Source: a virus (taxonomy: Duplodnaviria; Caudoviricetes). Taken from it: a stretch of 40,011 nt of DNA. The notes under the pieces were generated by a model. It was not told the DNA's origin. It worked only from the letters and a program-made list of their open reading frames with translations, and made no database searches. The stretch's first letter is position 1. Every line of letters begins with the position of its first letter. The stretch is taken from positions 1 through 40,011 of IMG/VR virus record IMGVR_UViG_3300042467_000560. One strand, 5' to 3'. This document shows positions 26,310 through 36,063 of the stretch, in pieces. The position numbers were made by a program, and so were the translations under genes.

Positions 26310-27368
26310 TTACGACGCGCCAGCGAACATGCCGAAGCCACCGGGGTTCTTCACCACGAGACCGGCAATGGCTTGCACGAGACGGATAGGACCGCCGCCA
26401 GCGTCAGGGAGATCCTTGACCTCGGGCAGCTTACAATACCGGATCTCGGTCATGTCCATCGGGATGACGTAGCCACGGTAAGCCTCAGCAGCCAACGTGG
26501 TCGTGCTCTTACCACCGATGAAGGTGGTGGGGTGCAGGATCAGGCGACCGAAGTCACCCTCGAACACGTCGATGGAGGACGCGAACGTCGAGCTGGACAG
26601 CTCCTGATTGAACGTACGAACAGCGGTCTGGCTGAACGAGTTCGTGGTCGAGTTGTCCGAGGACCTGCCGGACGTCAGGTTGGTGAACGCACGCTTCAGG
26701 GTGGTTCCAAGGATGCAGTCATAGTCACGGAACACGCCAGTCTTGGAGTAGATGGCGGTGAGCACGTTCTGCACGGTGGCCTCGGTGAAGTTAGCCGAGG
26801 TGACGGAGCTGATGGCGTTTGTGGCCGCAGTGCCCGGGGTCACGCCGCCAGCAGGGGCGAAGGCGGAACCTGAGGCGAGAGCGCCAATGTTGGAGCTGTT
26901 GGTGCCGAGGAGCCAGTTACCAAGCGAACCAGTCTGGTAGGCAGTGGAGGAGCCGTTGTCCTGCTGAGCCGCCTGATTGGTGCAGAGGAACGTGGACTCC
27001 ATGTCGCGCTTAATCTCAACGAGGAGCTTGGCAACATTGTAGGCGACCTCAGAGGCAGCACCAGCAACGTTCTGGGTCTCGGCGATGAAGCCGACCCGGC
27101 TGTTGCGGCGGAAAGCCTGAGCGTAGTTTGTCACGCGCAGACGATTGGCCGACTCGTTCGTGTAGCTGGAGACGTCAGTTCCGTCGATCACGCCGCCAAG
27201 CTGAGGAGCGGAGTAATCGTCACATTGCCATGACATGACTACGTTTCCAAGATCCCTCCCCTTGGGAGAAATCGACACAAAGGGGGTACTTTTAGCGTCG
27301 ACGTTAGCGATATAGTCGGCCAATTCCTCGCGGACGCCGACCTGATTGTTTACACCGAGATAGGGCAT
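26310..27368 (-). CDS. Major capsid protein (DUF5309/SU10-like)
   Basis: REEL.D.I..TPF..W..D..NYAQ.F..EIKRDME..FEGDFG pattern; follows the scaffold; terminator downstream. Confidence 0.88.
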   Translation of the reverse strand: MPYLGVNNQVGVREELADYIANVDAKSTPFVSISPKGRDLGNVVMSWQCDDYSAPQLGGVIDGTDVSSYTNESANRLRVTNYAQAFRRNSRVGFIAETQNVAGAASEVAYNVAKLLVEIKRDMESTFLCTNQAAQQDNGSSTAYQTGSLGNWLLGTNSSNIGALASGSAFAPAGGVTPGTAATNAISSVTSANFTEATVQNVLTAIYSKTGVFRDYDCILGTTLKRAFTNLTSGRSSDNSTTNSFSQTAVRTFNQELSSSTFASSIDVFEGDFGRLILHPTTFIGGKSTTTLAAEAYRGYVIPMDMTEIRYCKLPEVKDLPDAGGGPIRLVQAIAGLVVKNPGGFGMFAGAS

Positions 27369-27372
27369 AGTA

Positions 27373-28389
27373 TTAGGATTTTAGAAGTGTGTGTTGAAGC
27401 AATCGCGACAGATCGGCAGTGCTCCCACTTTGGTTGAACGCCTTCTTGGCAGACCTTGCCGCATCGTTGGCCTTGTCAGACTTGACCGGACTCGCCTTGG
27501 GAGCCGCAGGCTGCTTCGGGGCCACCTTCACAGGGGCCTTGACAGGAGCCTTCGCACTCTTCTCGCGTTCCATTCGAGCCTTCCGACCTTCTAGGAAGTC
27601 ACCGATGGCAATCTGATAGTCCGGAAACGACGCAAGCTGTGGCATCTGCCGCAACACCTGCTGCGCTTCCGAATACGTCGGATTGCTACGGTCCTTCCAC
27701 CAAGGATACGCACTCTCCGCAACTGGCCGCACTTGTTTGTAAGTGTTGAGGAATTGGTGCCGCGTTGGGATGTGAACATCCAAGGCATCCTCGACTCGTC
27801 GCCGAATCGCCTTGATCTCATCCGCGCTGTACTCTTTCCCGCCAACTTCGCAGCCGTCAGCGTTGTCCTCGCACCACCGCTTCAACTCCCGGGCCTTGCG
27901 GTACTCATCGCTGAGCTTCGCCTCGTCCCAGATGTCAGAGAACGGATTGTCGGTCGTCGCTGCCGCCTGCGGTACTGCCGCCTGCTGCTCAAGAGCTTCC
28001 AGCTTCGTCCGCGCCTCATTCAGTTCCCGCTCCAAGGCTTCCGCTTTTGCTGCGGCTTCCTTCTTCTGGGCAACGAGCTTGTTGATGCGCTTTTGGACTC
28101 CAGCCGGTTCGTCCTCGGTAGCGTCTTCAGTCTGCTGAGAGGTTTCCTCCTCAGCGGGATCCTCCACGGGTGTCGCCTCCCCGGTCTCAGCAGTCTCGGA
28201 CGCTGACTCCTCGGCAACCGGCTCATCTGCACTCGCAGCGGCTGGTTCCGGTTCCTCGACAGCTTTCGGAGTCTCAGAGAACCGAGTCTCCAACAGTTTC
28301 GCTAACGCCACCGTGTCGAGCGGTAGTGGATTGAGCGGTTGTGCCGTGTTTTGGGAGGGTGTCGCTTCCCCGGTTTGTGTTGCTTCCAT
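27373..28389 (-). CDS. Capsid scaffolding protein
   Basis: Acidic N-terminus, GVQKRINKLV coiled coil, Pro/Lys-rich tail; start 28389 or 28416. Confidence 0.8.
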   Translation of the reverse strand: MEATQTGEATPSQNTAQPLNPLPLDTVALAKLLETRFSETPKAVEEPEPAAASADEPVAEESASETAETGEATPVEDPAEEETSQQTEDATEDEPAGVQKRINKLVAQKKEAAAKAEALERELNEARTKLEALEQQAAVPQAAATTDNPFSDIWDEAKLSDEYRKARELKRWCEDNADGCEVGGKEYSADEIKAIRRRVEDALDVHIPTRHQFLNTYKQVRPVAESAYPWWKDRSNPTYSEAQQVLRQMPQLASFPDYQIAIGDFLEGRKARMEREKSAKAPVKAPVKVAPKQPAAPKASPVKSDKANDAARSAKKAFNQSGSTADLSRLLQHTLLKS

Positions 28390-28425
28390 GCTTTTTAGGC
28401 CCTGCAAGTCGGGCATACTACGACA

Positions 28426-28488
28426 GGGTTTAACGCTAAACCCAGAAAGCTGAAGCCCTGATGAACGACGTTATCGCTAACGTCAACC
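28426..28488 (-). promoter_or_regulatory. Putative late promoter with palindromes
   Basis: TTGACG on the minus strand; inverted repeats gacgtta-tcgc-taacgtc (28467-28484) and gggttta-acgc-taaaccc. Confidence 0.45.
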
Positions 28489-28490
28489 AA

Positions 28491-28730
28491 TTATTCTTGG
28501 GGAGCTTCCAGCTTCAGACCCATCTCCACGAGGAACGAGCGTGCATCCGATAGAGCAGCCGCTCGTCCGCAATTGTAGGCCCTCGCCTCTGGAGTCAGTG
28601 CCGAGTTGATCGCTGCGGACACCTCGTCAGCAATCAATTCACCTAGCACCTGCCGCAACGCACGCAGTACCGGCTCATGCTCACCCACGCCACCCAGCGC
28701 CATCTTGAGCTGTTCGTCGGTCATTCTCAT
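28491..28730 (-). CDS. Small protein between portal and scaffold (Bbp19-like position)
   Basis: AYNCGR motif; ATGA-coupled to the portal gene. Confidence 0.7.
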   Translation of the reverse strand: MRMTDEQLKMALGGVGEHEPVLRALRQVLGELIADEVSAAINSALTPEARAYNCGRAAALSDARSFLVEMGLKLEAPQE

Positions 28731-30835
28731 TGAGGAGTCGCTCCGGGTTGCACGCCAAGACGTCCAGTGACCGCGTTCTGCTGCTGTTGGACGCTGAACT
28801 GAAGATTCTCAACGTACTTCTGCAAGTTAGCTTGGAACAACGGATCCTGTTGAGCCTGCTGCTGGTATTTCGGGTTCGCCTGCAGGATCTGCTGCGCGAA
28901 GTTCAACCGAGCCTGCGCCGTAGGATCGTTCTCACGCAGCTTCGGAGGATTGCCAAGGCTCATCAGGCCGAGTTCGTCGTTGGTCTCGTCGAACATCTTC
29001 TGCGAGGCCGGACCAGCCTGCATGATAAGCTCATTCGCAAGCGTCGGATCAATCGCACGCAGCGCCAGACCCACGAGCTTGGTGCGATCCACCACGCCAA
29101 CGCTGTCCAGCGGCAGCACGAGGCTCGAAAGCGCCTTGAGTTTCTCGGTCACGAGGTCGGTCTGCAGCTCTCTCACGTCGAACTTCAGCGAAACGTCGAA
29201 CTCTTGGACGTTAGTGCTCAGAGGAACGTTGCTGCCGGTGATACGAGCCACTTCCTCAGGCCCAGTGTACTGCAACGTGAGGCTCAAGACCTGCCGGAAC
29301 GCCTCGGTCCATCCATGCAGCCAGTTGTTGACGAGCCTTTGCTGCCGCATCTGGGTAAGCGCAGGCGGAACCTTCTCGGTAGGACGGCCAAAGTACCGAT
29401 CCACCTGCGTTTCGATGGCTGCGATGAGGTTGAACGCAACGCTTGGCTCACGCGCGGGAGGCTGCATGAACGAGATCTCGCCCGGACGCAGCACCGGAAT
29501 CTGCACCGCAGGACCAAGACGCAGGTTTCCGCCCCTCGTCTTCGGCACTTGGATAGGCGGAATCGTGTTGAGGCTCGTGTAATCGAAGATCGAGTCGCGC
29601 TGGGCCTTGATCTCGTTCTGCCATGTCGCGCAGATCTCCGGAACGCCTCGGCTCTCGACGATCTTCCGGTGGATCACCTCGCTACGCCACACGATGAACG
29701 GATATTGACCGTGCTCGTAGTCAATCAGCTCGAACTTGCCCCAAGCATTACCCACCTGAGGGCAGAACACCGTGCAGTAGACGCCCGGGACACCGTCCTC
29801 ATCGAGCGCCTTCTGGTAGGCGTACACCACCTCGATCAGATTCTCACGGTCCAGCACCGCGTTGTTGGTCAGTCCGATGGTGTAGGTATAGTCCGAGAAG
29901 TTGGAGAACCGTCCCCGGGTAGCAATCGCCTGCTTGGCCCATTCCTCATCCCAGTCGTCGGTCTCGACATGCTGCATCACCTCGATTTCGGTCATGTAGC
30001 AGCGGCGGAAAACCACACGCGCACTCTGGATATCGGTCGTCTCCGGTGGGAACGCCAGCTCATCGTACGGAGCCAATGCCGCCACGCTCGGAGAGTTCTT
30101 CACCAGCGTTGGCACGTAGATCTCGCACTCGCCTTCCTCACGCAGGTCCTTCACGCACTCCAGAGCCTTGCGCTTCTTGAGATTCGGAAACGCAGCCATG
30201 AGCAGCTCGGCCAACTGATCGGTGGCATCAGGATTCGCCAACAAGTTCGGCAGGTCCGCCAACACGCTTCCTTGAGGGCTCTGCGCCGCGATCTGCATGA
30301 GCTGCTCGACCGTGACGTACTGCTCTTTCTGACCGATCTCCTGCTGCCAACTCACATGGCAACCTGCCCAGCCATAGGTCCACAGGTACTGGCTCAGCAG
30401 CTCCACCTCACGGGTCATGTCCGTGTAGAGCTTCTGGTTCATCACCCAGTCCATGAGGCTGTGCGCCGTCACCGCAGTGTCCAGATTCCGCACGTTGGTG
30501 GGAGCCACACGCAGCATCGAGCGCCAGAAGGCAGTGGAGCACACGTCAACCAGCCCGTTCACAACCTCGTCAGCCAGCGGAATGCGCGTGTCGGAGGCGC
30601 CGTCCCAAGGGAACGCCATCTTCCCGTTCGGCTGGTTGTCATTCCACTTCTTGCCGTCACCGCTCTGACCGTCCCAGCGGCAGTAACGGGTGTTCTCAGC
30701 CTGCCCCACCCTCGTCCCAAGACCAAAGTCGGTTGCCGCACGACGCAGCTCCTCGTTCAACGCACCCACGTCAGGCGCGTCACCCACGTGCGCCATTGCA
30801 TCACCACTGGTCTTGTAACTCGTCGCGTAATTCAT
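28727..30835 (-). CDS. Portal protein
   Basis: About 700 aa after TerL; PWDGASD, SRGVPE, Gln-rich barrel C-terminus; start reassigned to MNYATS. Confidence 0.85.
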   Translation of the reverse strand: MNYATSYKTSGDAMAHVGDAPDVGALNEELRRAATDFGLGTRVGQAENTRYCRWDGQSGDGKKWNDNQPNGKMAFPWDGASDTRIPLADEVVNGLVDVCSTAFWRSMLRVAPTNVRNLDTAVTAHSLMDWVMNQKLYTDMTREVELLSQYLWTYGWAGCHVSWQQEIGQKEQYVTVEQLMQIAAQSPQGSVLADLPNLLANPDATDQLAELLMAAFPNLKKRKALECVKDLREEGECEIYVPTLVKNSPSVAALAPYDELAFPPETTDIQSARVVFRRCYMTEIEVMQHVETDDWDEEWAKQAIATRGRFSNFSDYTYTIGLTNNAVLDRENLIEVVYAYQKALDEDGVPGVYCTVFCPQVGNAWGKFELIDYEHGQYPFIVWRSEVIHRKIVESRGVPEICATWQNEIKAQRDSIFDYTSLNTIPPIQVPKTRGGNLRLGPAVQIPVLRPGEISFMQPPAREPSVAFNLIAAIETQVDRYFGRPTEKVPPALTQMRQQRLVNNWLHGWTEAFRQVLSLTLQYTGPEEVARITGSNVPLSTNVQEFDVSLKFDVRELQTDLVTEKLKALSSLVLPLDSVGVVDRTKLVGLALRAIDPTLANELIMQAGPASQKMFDETNDELGLMSLGNPPKLRENDPTAQARLNFAQQILQANPKYQQQAQQDPLFQANLQKYVENLQFSVQQQQNAVTGRLGVQPGATPQ

Positions 30836-30873
30836 CCGAAGCCCTTTGGTCTGTTTGCTCTGAAAAAGCAATG

Positions 30874-32724
30874 CTAATACCCCCCTCCGCCGTAGCTATC
30901 CAGCCCACCAGCACCCACATGCTCGATCTTTGAGATCAAAAGCATGCCCAAGCAGTCGATAGGATCCTTGGACGCACCTTTCTGACCATCCCTTCCAGTA
31001 TGCTCACTCATGCACCAGATCAGATTGTGCAGGTCGTCCACCACATAGAGCCTCGGCTCGTTCAAGGACGTGAGCGGCTTTGTAGCGTCGTAGCTCAGAT
31101 CAGAGTTGATGGCTGCAGTCCGCTGGTCCACCGGCACACCCGGCGCAGGGATGAACGCCATGCCATCGTCCTGATCGCTAGGCTCGGCTAGTAGGTCAAT
31201 CAATGTTGTACCACCCTGCTCGCTGAGTGCTGGACTGCCACCCGCTCTGGGGTCGATCAGCCGCATCACCGGCTCACCACGTCCAATCTCCTCCTCGATG
31301 GTGCGGAATAGCTGCCGGTATTCGATCACGCTCCTACCCGCTTCCAACGTCTGCGCAGGACCGGGTTTCCCGTCCGCTTTCTCGCTCGCAAGAGCCCACT
31401 CTCCATACCCGGTAAAGTCCGGGAACTCGCGAACCACAACCTTCCGACCATCTTCGTAGACCAGCATCCAAAGGCAGTACCAGTTACGGCTGCCTGCCGG
31501 GTCGCAGACCATGTACAGCGTACCACCATCCGGAATCTTGCTCCTAGGGATGCAGTGCGTCTCCGGCCTGAACCGCGCAAATGCCTTGCCGATGTTGTCA
31601 CTCGCCCAGCCATAGGCACGCGTCAGGATCTGCCCCATCGGCGCACCAACCAGCTTGGACTTCATCTCGTCCCATGGGTTGTAAGGGTTGTCCTCGGAGT
31701 AGAAGAAGACCGTGCTCCGGTTCATCTTCTCCAGCCGCATCACCCTCGGAGCCTTGCCCATCGGCCAAGTAGGTAGTCCCTGCTTACCTTTAAGCATCTG
31801 CGCGCCATGCCACTCGGTGATGGCCGCCCCTCCAGTGAACTCCTTGTAGACTGACGCCACACCCTCCAGCGGCGTCTGCGTCACCAGCAGCTTACCACGG
31901 CGTGTAACCAAGCGATACCTAAGCGTGTCTACCCAGCTCTGCGGAACCAGCTCGTCGCACCAGATCAGGTCCGCCTCACGGCCTTCGATGGTGTTCTCAG
32001 ACTGCGTGTAGTTCAAAAAGTCACAGCGGGAGCCGTTAGGCAGGATGAAGGAGCCATCCGTGAAGCCATTCTTCCTCGAGTAGTTCAGGTAGTGGATCTT
32101 GCCCTTCTTCGTAGCCTTCAAAGCCACCGGTAGGTACTGGTAGATCGCTGGCTGCTGCACCGTGACACTCGTGGCATTGCTCGTATGGCAGCATAGGACG
32201 TTACAGTTCTCCTTCGAGAGCAGCGTCTCCACCACCCGTCTAGCCGCCCACAGCGTCTTCCCAGCTCGGTTGCCACCGCTTATCAGCAGCTCGCTACACT
32301 CAGACCACACCTTGTTGGCTAGCTCCCAGTGGTCCGGCACGAAGCCGTAGGTGAAGGGGTCGGCCTTCTCCAGCAGGCACAACTGCGTCCTCTGGTCACG
32401 CAACTCCAAGGCCCTAGGATGCTGCGCGCTGACCTTCGGTATAACCGGATGCTCAGGCTGGCTGTTGGTCCACTCGATCTGGTGCTTCTCAGAGCAGAAC
32501 CGGCCAGTGTCGCGGTCTGGGACAAACGACCGGGAGCAGATCAGGCACTTGCGAGGAAGGAACTTGGACTGTCGAAGGGGGCGATTTGCGAAGTTTTTTT
32601 CAGTTGGGGAATGCGTCACCGTTGACGACCCAGCCGAATGCTCGACCCCCTCCCCCCCTATGCCTGACGCATCTGGTATGACCGACTCGGATTCTTCACG
32701 ATGATACTGGCTTATGCTTGGCAT
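30874..32724 (-). CDS. terL: Terminase large subunit (start uncertain)
   Basis: Walker A GGNRAGKT, Walker B LIWCDE, coupling motif TQTP, nuclease VCDPA and KDPID. Confidence 0.92.
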   Translation of the reverse strand: MPSISQYHREESESVIPDASGIGGEGVEHSAGSSTVTHSPTEKNFANRPLRQSKFLPRKCLICSRSFVPDRDTGRFCSEKHQIEWTNSQPEHPVIPKVSAQHPRALELRDQRTQLCLLEKADPFTYGFVPDHWELANKVWSECSELLISGGNRAGKTLWAARRVVETLLSKENCNVLCCHTSNATSVTVQQPAIYQYLPVALKATKKGKIHYLNYSRKNGFTDGSFILPNGSRCDFLNYTQSENTIEGREADLIWCDELVPQSWVDTLRYRLVTRRGKLLVTQTPLEGVASVYKEFTGGAAITEWHGAQMLKGKQGLPTWPMGKAPRVMRLEKMNRSTVFFYSEDNPYNPWDEMKSKLVGAPMGQILTRAYGWASDNIGKAFARFRPETHCIPRSKIPDGGTLYMVCDPAGSRNWYCLWMLVYEDGRKVVVREFPDFTGYGEWALASEKADGKPGPAQTLEAGRSVIEYRQLFRTIEEEIGRGEPVMRLIDPRAGGSPALSEQGGTTLIDLLAEPSDQDDGMAFIPAPGVPVDQRTAAINSDLSYDATKPLTSLNEPRLYVVDDLHNLIWCMSEHTGRDGQKGASKDPIDCLGMLLISKIEHVGAGGLDSYGGGGY

Positions 32725-32766
32725 CAGATCCTCTCAATTGAATATAATATCGATTGTAGGGTGCAG

Positions 32767-33405
32767 CTACGAGCCCTCTGGGAGCACCTCAGCGTTGGTT
32801 TCGACCTCGACGGCGTCTTGTTGGCCCTTGGTGCCCAGCTCCTTCATCAGGTCCCTGTGACTCGCAGTTAACGATAAAGAAGCGTGGATTGACGTGGGTT
32901 GGCCCTTTGTGACCGCCAACTTGTCGGTTAGGATGGCTACCGATACCGGCACTGTGCGTGAGTCAATCTCATCCATCCCGTTCTCTGCCAAGCGTTTAGT
33001 GCCCTTCCAGATGGCAATTTCCATGAAGGATATGACATCTGTTCGCCACGCTTCCTCGGTCTCTGGGTAGTCCTTTGGGACCTTGACTCCACGGATAAGC
33101 TTGAACGCGGTGTGCTCTGTGAGCTGGGAATCGGCTGCTATGGTGGCTAGTGGCTTGTTCTCAAGGATACCTGCCACGATGACGTCAGCTCGGTCTTGGG
33201 TGAGCTTATCGTTGTGGTGCTGGTCTGGGTGGTTGGTGAAGGTGTAACCTCGTTCCCTGCAGAGTGTCTTGATCTTCTCACGTTCCTCTTCCGGGACTCT
33301 GGGGTCATCCTTGAGCGCCCACGTGATGCGATTACGATGGGTACCAAGCTCCTCTGCGAGCTTACGCAGTGAGACGTCCTTGCCGAGGTTCTTGGGCTTA
33401 CCCAT
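32767..33405 (-). CDS. Probable terminase small subunit with HTH domains
   Basis: Upstream of TerL; SLRKLAEELG HTH; ILTDKL..GQPTSI oligomerisation-like segment. Confidence 0.6.
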   Translation of the reverse strand: MGKPKNLGKDVSLRKLAEELGTHRNRITWALKDDPRVPEEEREKIKTLCRERGYTFTNHPDQHHNDKLTQDRADVIVAGILENKPLATIAADSQLTEHTAFKLIRGVKVPKDYPETEEAWRTDVISFMEIAIWKGTKRLAENGMDEIDSRTVPVSVAILTDKLAVTKGQPTSIHASLSLTASHRDLMKELGTKGQQDAVEVETNAEVLPEGS

Positions 33406-34121
33406 TACAGCGTGAAGTTGAAGTCACCCCAGTGTCTGAGCTTCTCGATCGGGGTATACATGTACTGCTTGACCCCAGCGAGCATTAGACGGGCTGAGGC
33501 AGCGTAGTCCTCGGAGAGGTAGTCCTTACCCTTGTCGCATTCGAGTAAGAAGGGCATCCAGAGCGTCGGGAACATACCTGCCATCTCGTCGTTAGCCCAG
33601 TCTATGCGGTATGGGTGTGGCACGGCGTCGGTGGCTAGGATCTCTAGGGATTGCTCTAGGGCCTTACGGGGTATCGCTACGGCTCCAGAGGCGAAGAACA
33701 GGATGGGGGTGAGGCTAGGCTCATTCTCCAGTGGAGTAGCCTCTGGCTTGGGGCGATAGGCTGGCCTAGGAGGTAGTGCCCTGCAGGAATAGGGCATACA
33801 GACCGCAGCTTGGTGCACATGCGCTAGGTCAGCCATAATCATCAGATCTGCTGTGGAGAACTGAATGTCGTGGTCTAGCTGGATCCAGACGTCCTTATCA
33901 TCATCTAGGAAGAACTTGGTGGCTCTACAACGTGATCTGCTAATAAGCGCATCCTCACGTATAGTACGTAATGCAGCATATCGAGTACGTTGCGCGAAGT
34001 AATTAGCGAGATCTATCCAAGATGTTAATACCGCAGAGTGCATATCACCATATGCATAACAGGTAACATGTACCGACGGTGGTTTCTCGATTATATCCAC
34101 TGATTTGATCTTATTAGACAT
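33405..34121 (-). CDS. GT-A fold glycosyltransferase-like protein
   Basis: LISRSR..FL, QLDHDI (DxD), YLSEDY, LRHWG. Confidence 0.75.
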   Translation of the reverse strand: MSNKIKSVDIIEKPPSVHVTCYAYGDMHSAVLTSWIDLANYFAQRTRYAALRTIREDALISRSRCRATKFFLDDDKDVWIQLDHDIQFSTADLMIMADLAHVHQAAVCMPYSCRALPPRPAYRPKPEATPLENEPSLTPILFFASGAVAIPRKALEQSLEILATDAVPHPYRIDWANDEMAGMFPTLWMPFLLECDKGKDYLSEDYAASARLMLAGVKQYMYTPIEKLRHWGDFNFTL

Positions 34122-34144
34122 ATATACTCAGAGTATAGTTATAC

Positions 34145-34366
34145 TTAGTTCATTACCTTCTCCATCATCCTATGTAGATAGGCTTCCGGTACTATCTTGA
34201 TCCTCTCGAATCCTCGGATCATCGGCTGATAGGCTGGGTCTTGCTCGGACATGGAGAACCTAGCGGCTACCTGCTGTGGCGTAGCACTACCGGATCGGAC
34301 GCTACGGACTACCCAATCCCGATAACCGGGTGGTATCATGCGTAATGCGTACTCTAGCTCTTCCAT
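34145..34366 (-). CDS. Hypothetical protein
   Basis: 73-aa ORF with AGGA upstream. Confidence 0.6.
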   Translation of the reverse strand: MEELEYALRMIPPGYRDWVVRSVRSGSATPQQVAARFSMSEQDPAYQPMIRGFERIKIVPEAYLHRMMEKVMN

Positions 34367-34393
34367 GTGATGCTGTTTCCTGAAGCTGTAATA

Positions 34394-34454
34394 CCCCTAG
34401 GAGGCGTTTTGTTCTCTGGCTAGGGTCACCATAGCGCAAAGCATCTCCTAGGGG
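34394..34454. repeat. Intergenic inverted repeat / hairpin
   Basis: cccctaggag (34394-34403) and ctcctagggg (34445-34454). Confidence 0.7.
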
Positions 34455-34465
34455 CTTGTAGGGTC

Positions 34466-34741
34466 TCAGAACAGGTTGTCGTCTACGGGCTGGGTTCCGC
34501 CGGTAGGATGACCTTGGGGACGAGGGGCCTTGGTTGAGTGCTTCCAGCTCCCGATGATCGGTCCACGTTCACCTCGGTCACGGGCTTCCTTGGTCACGCC
34601 TTGGACGATGAAGCCGTCATTGCCGTACTTGTCAGGTCCACCTTTGGATTCCAGAAGGGTTACCTCGAGGAACTTTCCGGTCTTACCCTCGTACAGATAC
34701 TGTTTATCAACCTTGCTGACGTTAATGTTGCATCTAATCAT
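34466..34741 (-). CDS. SSB-like protein
   Basis: Small beta protein after the helicase; DKYGNDGFI; acidic-Phe tail DDNLF. Confidence 0.6.
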   Translation of the reverse strand: MIRCNINVSKVDKQYLYEGKTGKFLEVTLLESKGGPDKYGNDGFIVQGVTKEARDRGERGPIIGSWKHSTKAPRPQGHPTGGTQPVDDNLF

Positions 34742-34761
34742 GTTATGTTATGTTGTGTTGT

Positions 34762-36063
34762 TTACGAATCCTGCAATAGCGCAGGTTCAAATCTACAATA
34801 GGCACCTTCGTACCACATGGTGACAAATCCACATTCACCATCTCGTTGTTTAGCGATTGCCAGTGTCGCTTCTCCTTTTGCTTCGGTGCGTTCTCGGTCA
34901 AGTAGCAGCACGGTATCGGCATCTCGTTCGATCTGACCTGAGTCTGCTAGGTCTGAAAGTCTTGGTTTACGTCCCTTTTCCTTCTCGCTCTCCCGATTGA
35001 GCTGTGCGAGGCAGAGCATGGCAGTGTTTGTCGCGACTGCGCAAGCCTTCAGGGCTCCACTGACCTCGGCCACCTCGTAGGTGCGCTTCTCGTGCTTGCC
35101 GGATGCTCTGACCTTCTGCAGGTAGTCGAGGATCACCAGACGAACGCCATGTTTACGGGATGCCCTACGGATGGCTGCGATGATGGTTCCGATCTTGGCG
35201 TTGGCCGAGAGGTCGAGGAAGTGAAGTGGCTTCGATGAGATCAGCTTGATCGCTTGGGACATGCGACCCATGTGGATGTCCGATAGTTCTCCGGTCTTGA
35301 TGGCCTGCATGGGGACGTTGGCTACGGCAGAGACCAATCGACGCATGAGTGCCTGTTCGGACATCTCGCATGAGACGAAGAGAGTCGGGACGTTGGCTTC
35401 GATGCATGCGGCTTTGGCTACGCTTACGGCCATCGCTGTCTTGCCGATACTGGGACGTGCAGCGATGAGGGTCATCTCTCCGACTTGAATACCATCGGTG
35501 AGGCTATCGAGCTTTGGGATTCCGCTTGTGATGCCCGATAGTTGTCCCTTGCGCTTCCAACGTTCCTCGGTAGCTGAGACGAAGGCATTGACCACGTCCT
35601 TGGCGGTTGTGGAGTTCGGCGTCTGGTCCTGCTCGAGAGTGATTCCGGCTTCTAGGTTGGCCAACGCTTGGTCCAATGGGACTGCTGACGATGCCGTGTC
35701 CGCTAGAAGCTTTGAGGCTGCGTCACGTAGCTTGCGTCGATGATGCGCTTCTCGGATGCCAGTGACGTAGTACGGCAGATTCGCCTCAGATGGACATGCC
35801 TGCATGGCTTCCATCCAGATGCTGGTTGGCAACCCAACAGATCCCTTGGTCTGTCTCCAAGCTCTGGTGAGGTTCTCAATCGAAGCTGACTTGTTATCGC
35901 GAGCCAGTACGGCGATGACCTCAAGGGTGTCCCTGATGTCCTCATTGATGAGCATCGAAGGACTAACCTGAGCCACAGCCTCGCTTGCCGTGTCGATGTT
36001 CCCAAGCATGCATGCTCCGAGGAATCCCAGCTCATCAGATGGCGAGAAGTATGCCTCGGTCAT
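34762..36063 (-). CDS. dnaB: Replicative DNA helicase, DnaB family
   Basis: AARPSIGKT, SCEM, ILDYLQ, AQLNR, DSGQIERDAD, AKQRDG; start at the ATGA overlap. Confidence 0.95.
   Translation of the reverse strand: MTEAYFSPSDELGFLGACMLGNIDTASEAVAQVSPSMLINEDIRDTLEVIAVLARDNKSASIENLTRAWRQTKGSVGLPTSIWMEAMQACPSEANLPYYVTGIREAHHRRKLRDAASKLLADTASSAVPLDQALANLEAGITLEQDQTPNSTTAKDVVNAFVSATEERWKRKGQLSGITSGIPKLDSLTDGIQVGEMTLIAARPSIGKTAMAVSVAKAACIEANVPTLFVSCEMSEQALMRRLVSAVANVPMQAIKTGELSDIHMGRMSQAIKLISSKPLHFLDLSANAKIGTIIAAIRRASRKHGVRLVILDYLQKVRASGKHEKRTYEVAEVSGALKACAVATNTAMLCLAQLNRESEKEKGRKPRLSDLADSGQIERDADTVLLLDRERTEAKGEATLAIAKQRDGECGFVTMWYEGAYCRFEPALLQDS

Noticed and set aside
27300-27312. 13-mer inverted match to 28472-28484
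   Set aside because: A single 13-mer inside capsid coding sequence is compatible with chance
28730-30877. 715-aa plus-strand ORF antisense to the portal gene
   Set aside because: It mirrors the portal codon register and has no recognisable motifs; stop-free antisense frames are expected from GC-rich codon bias
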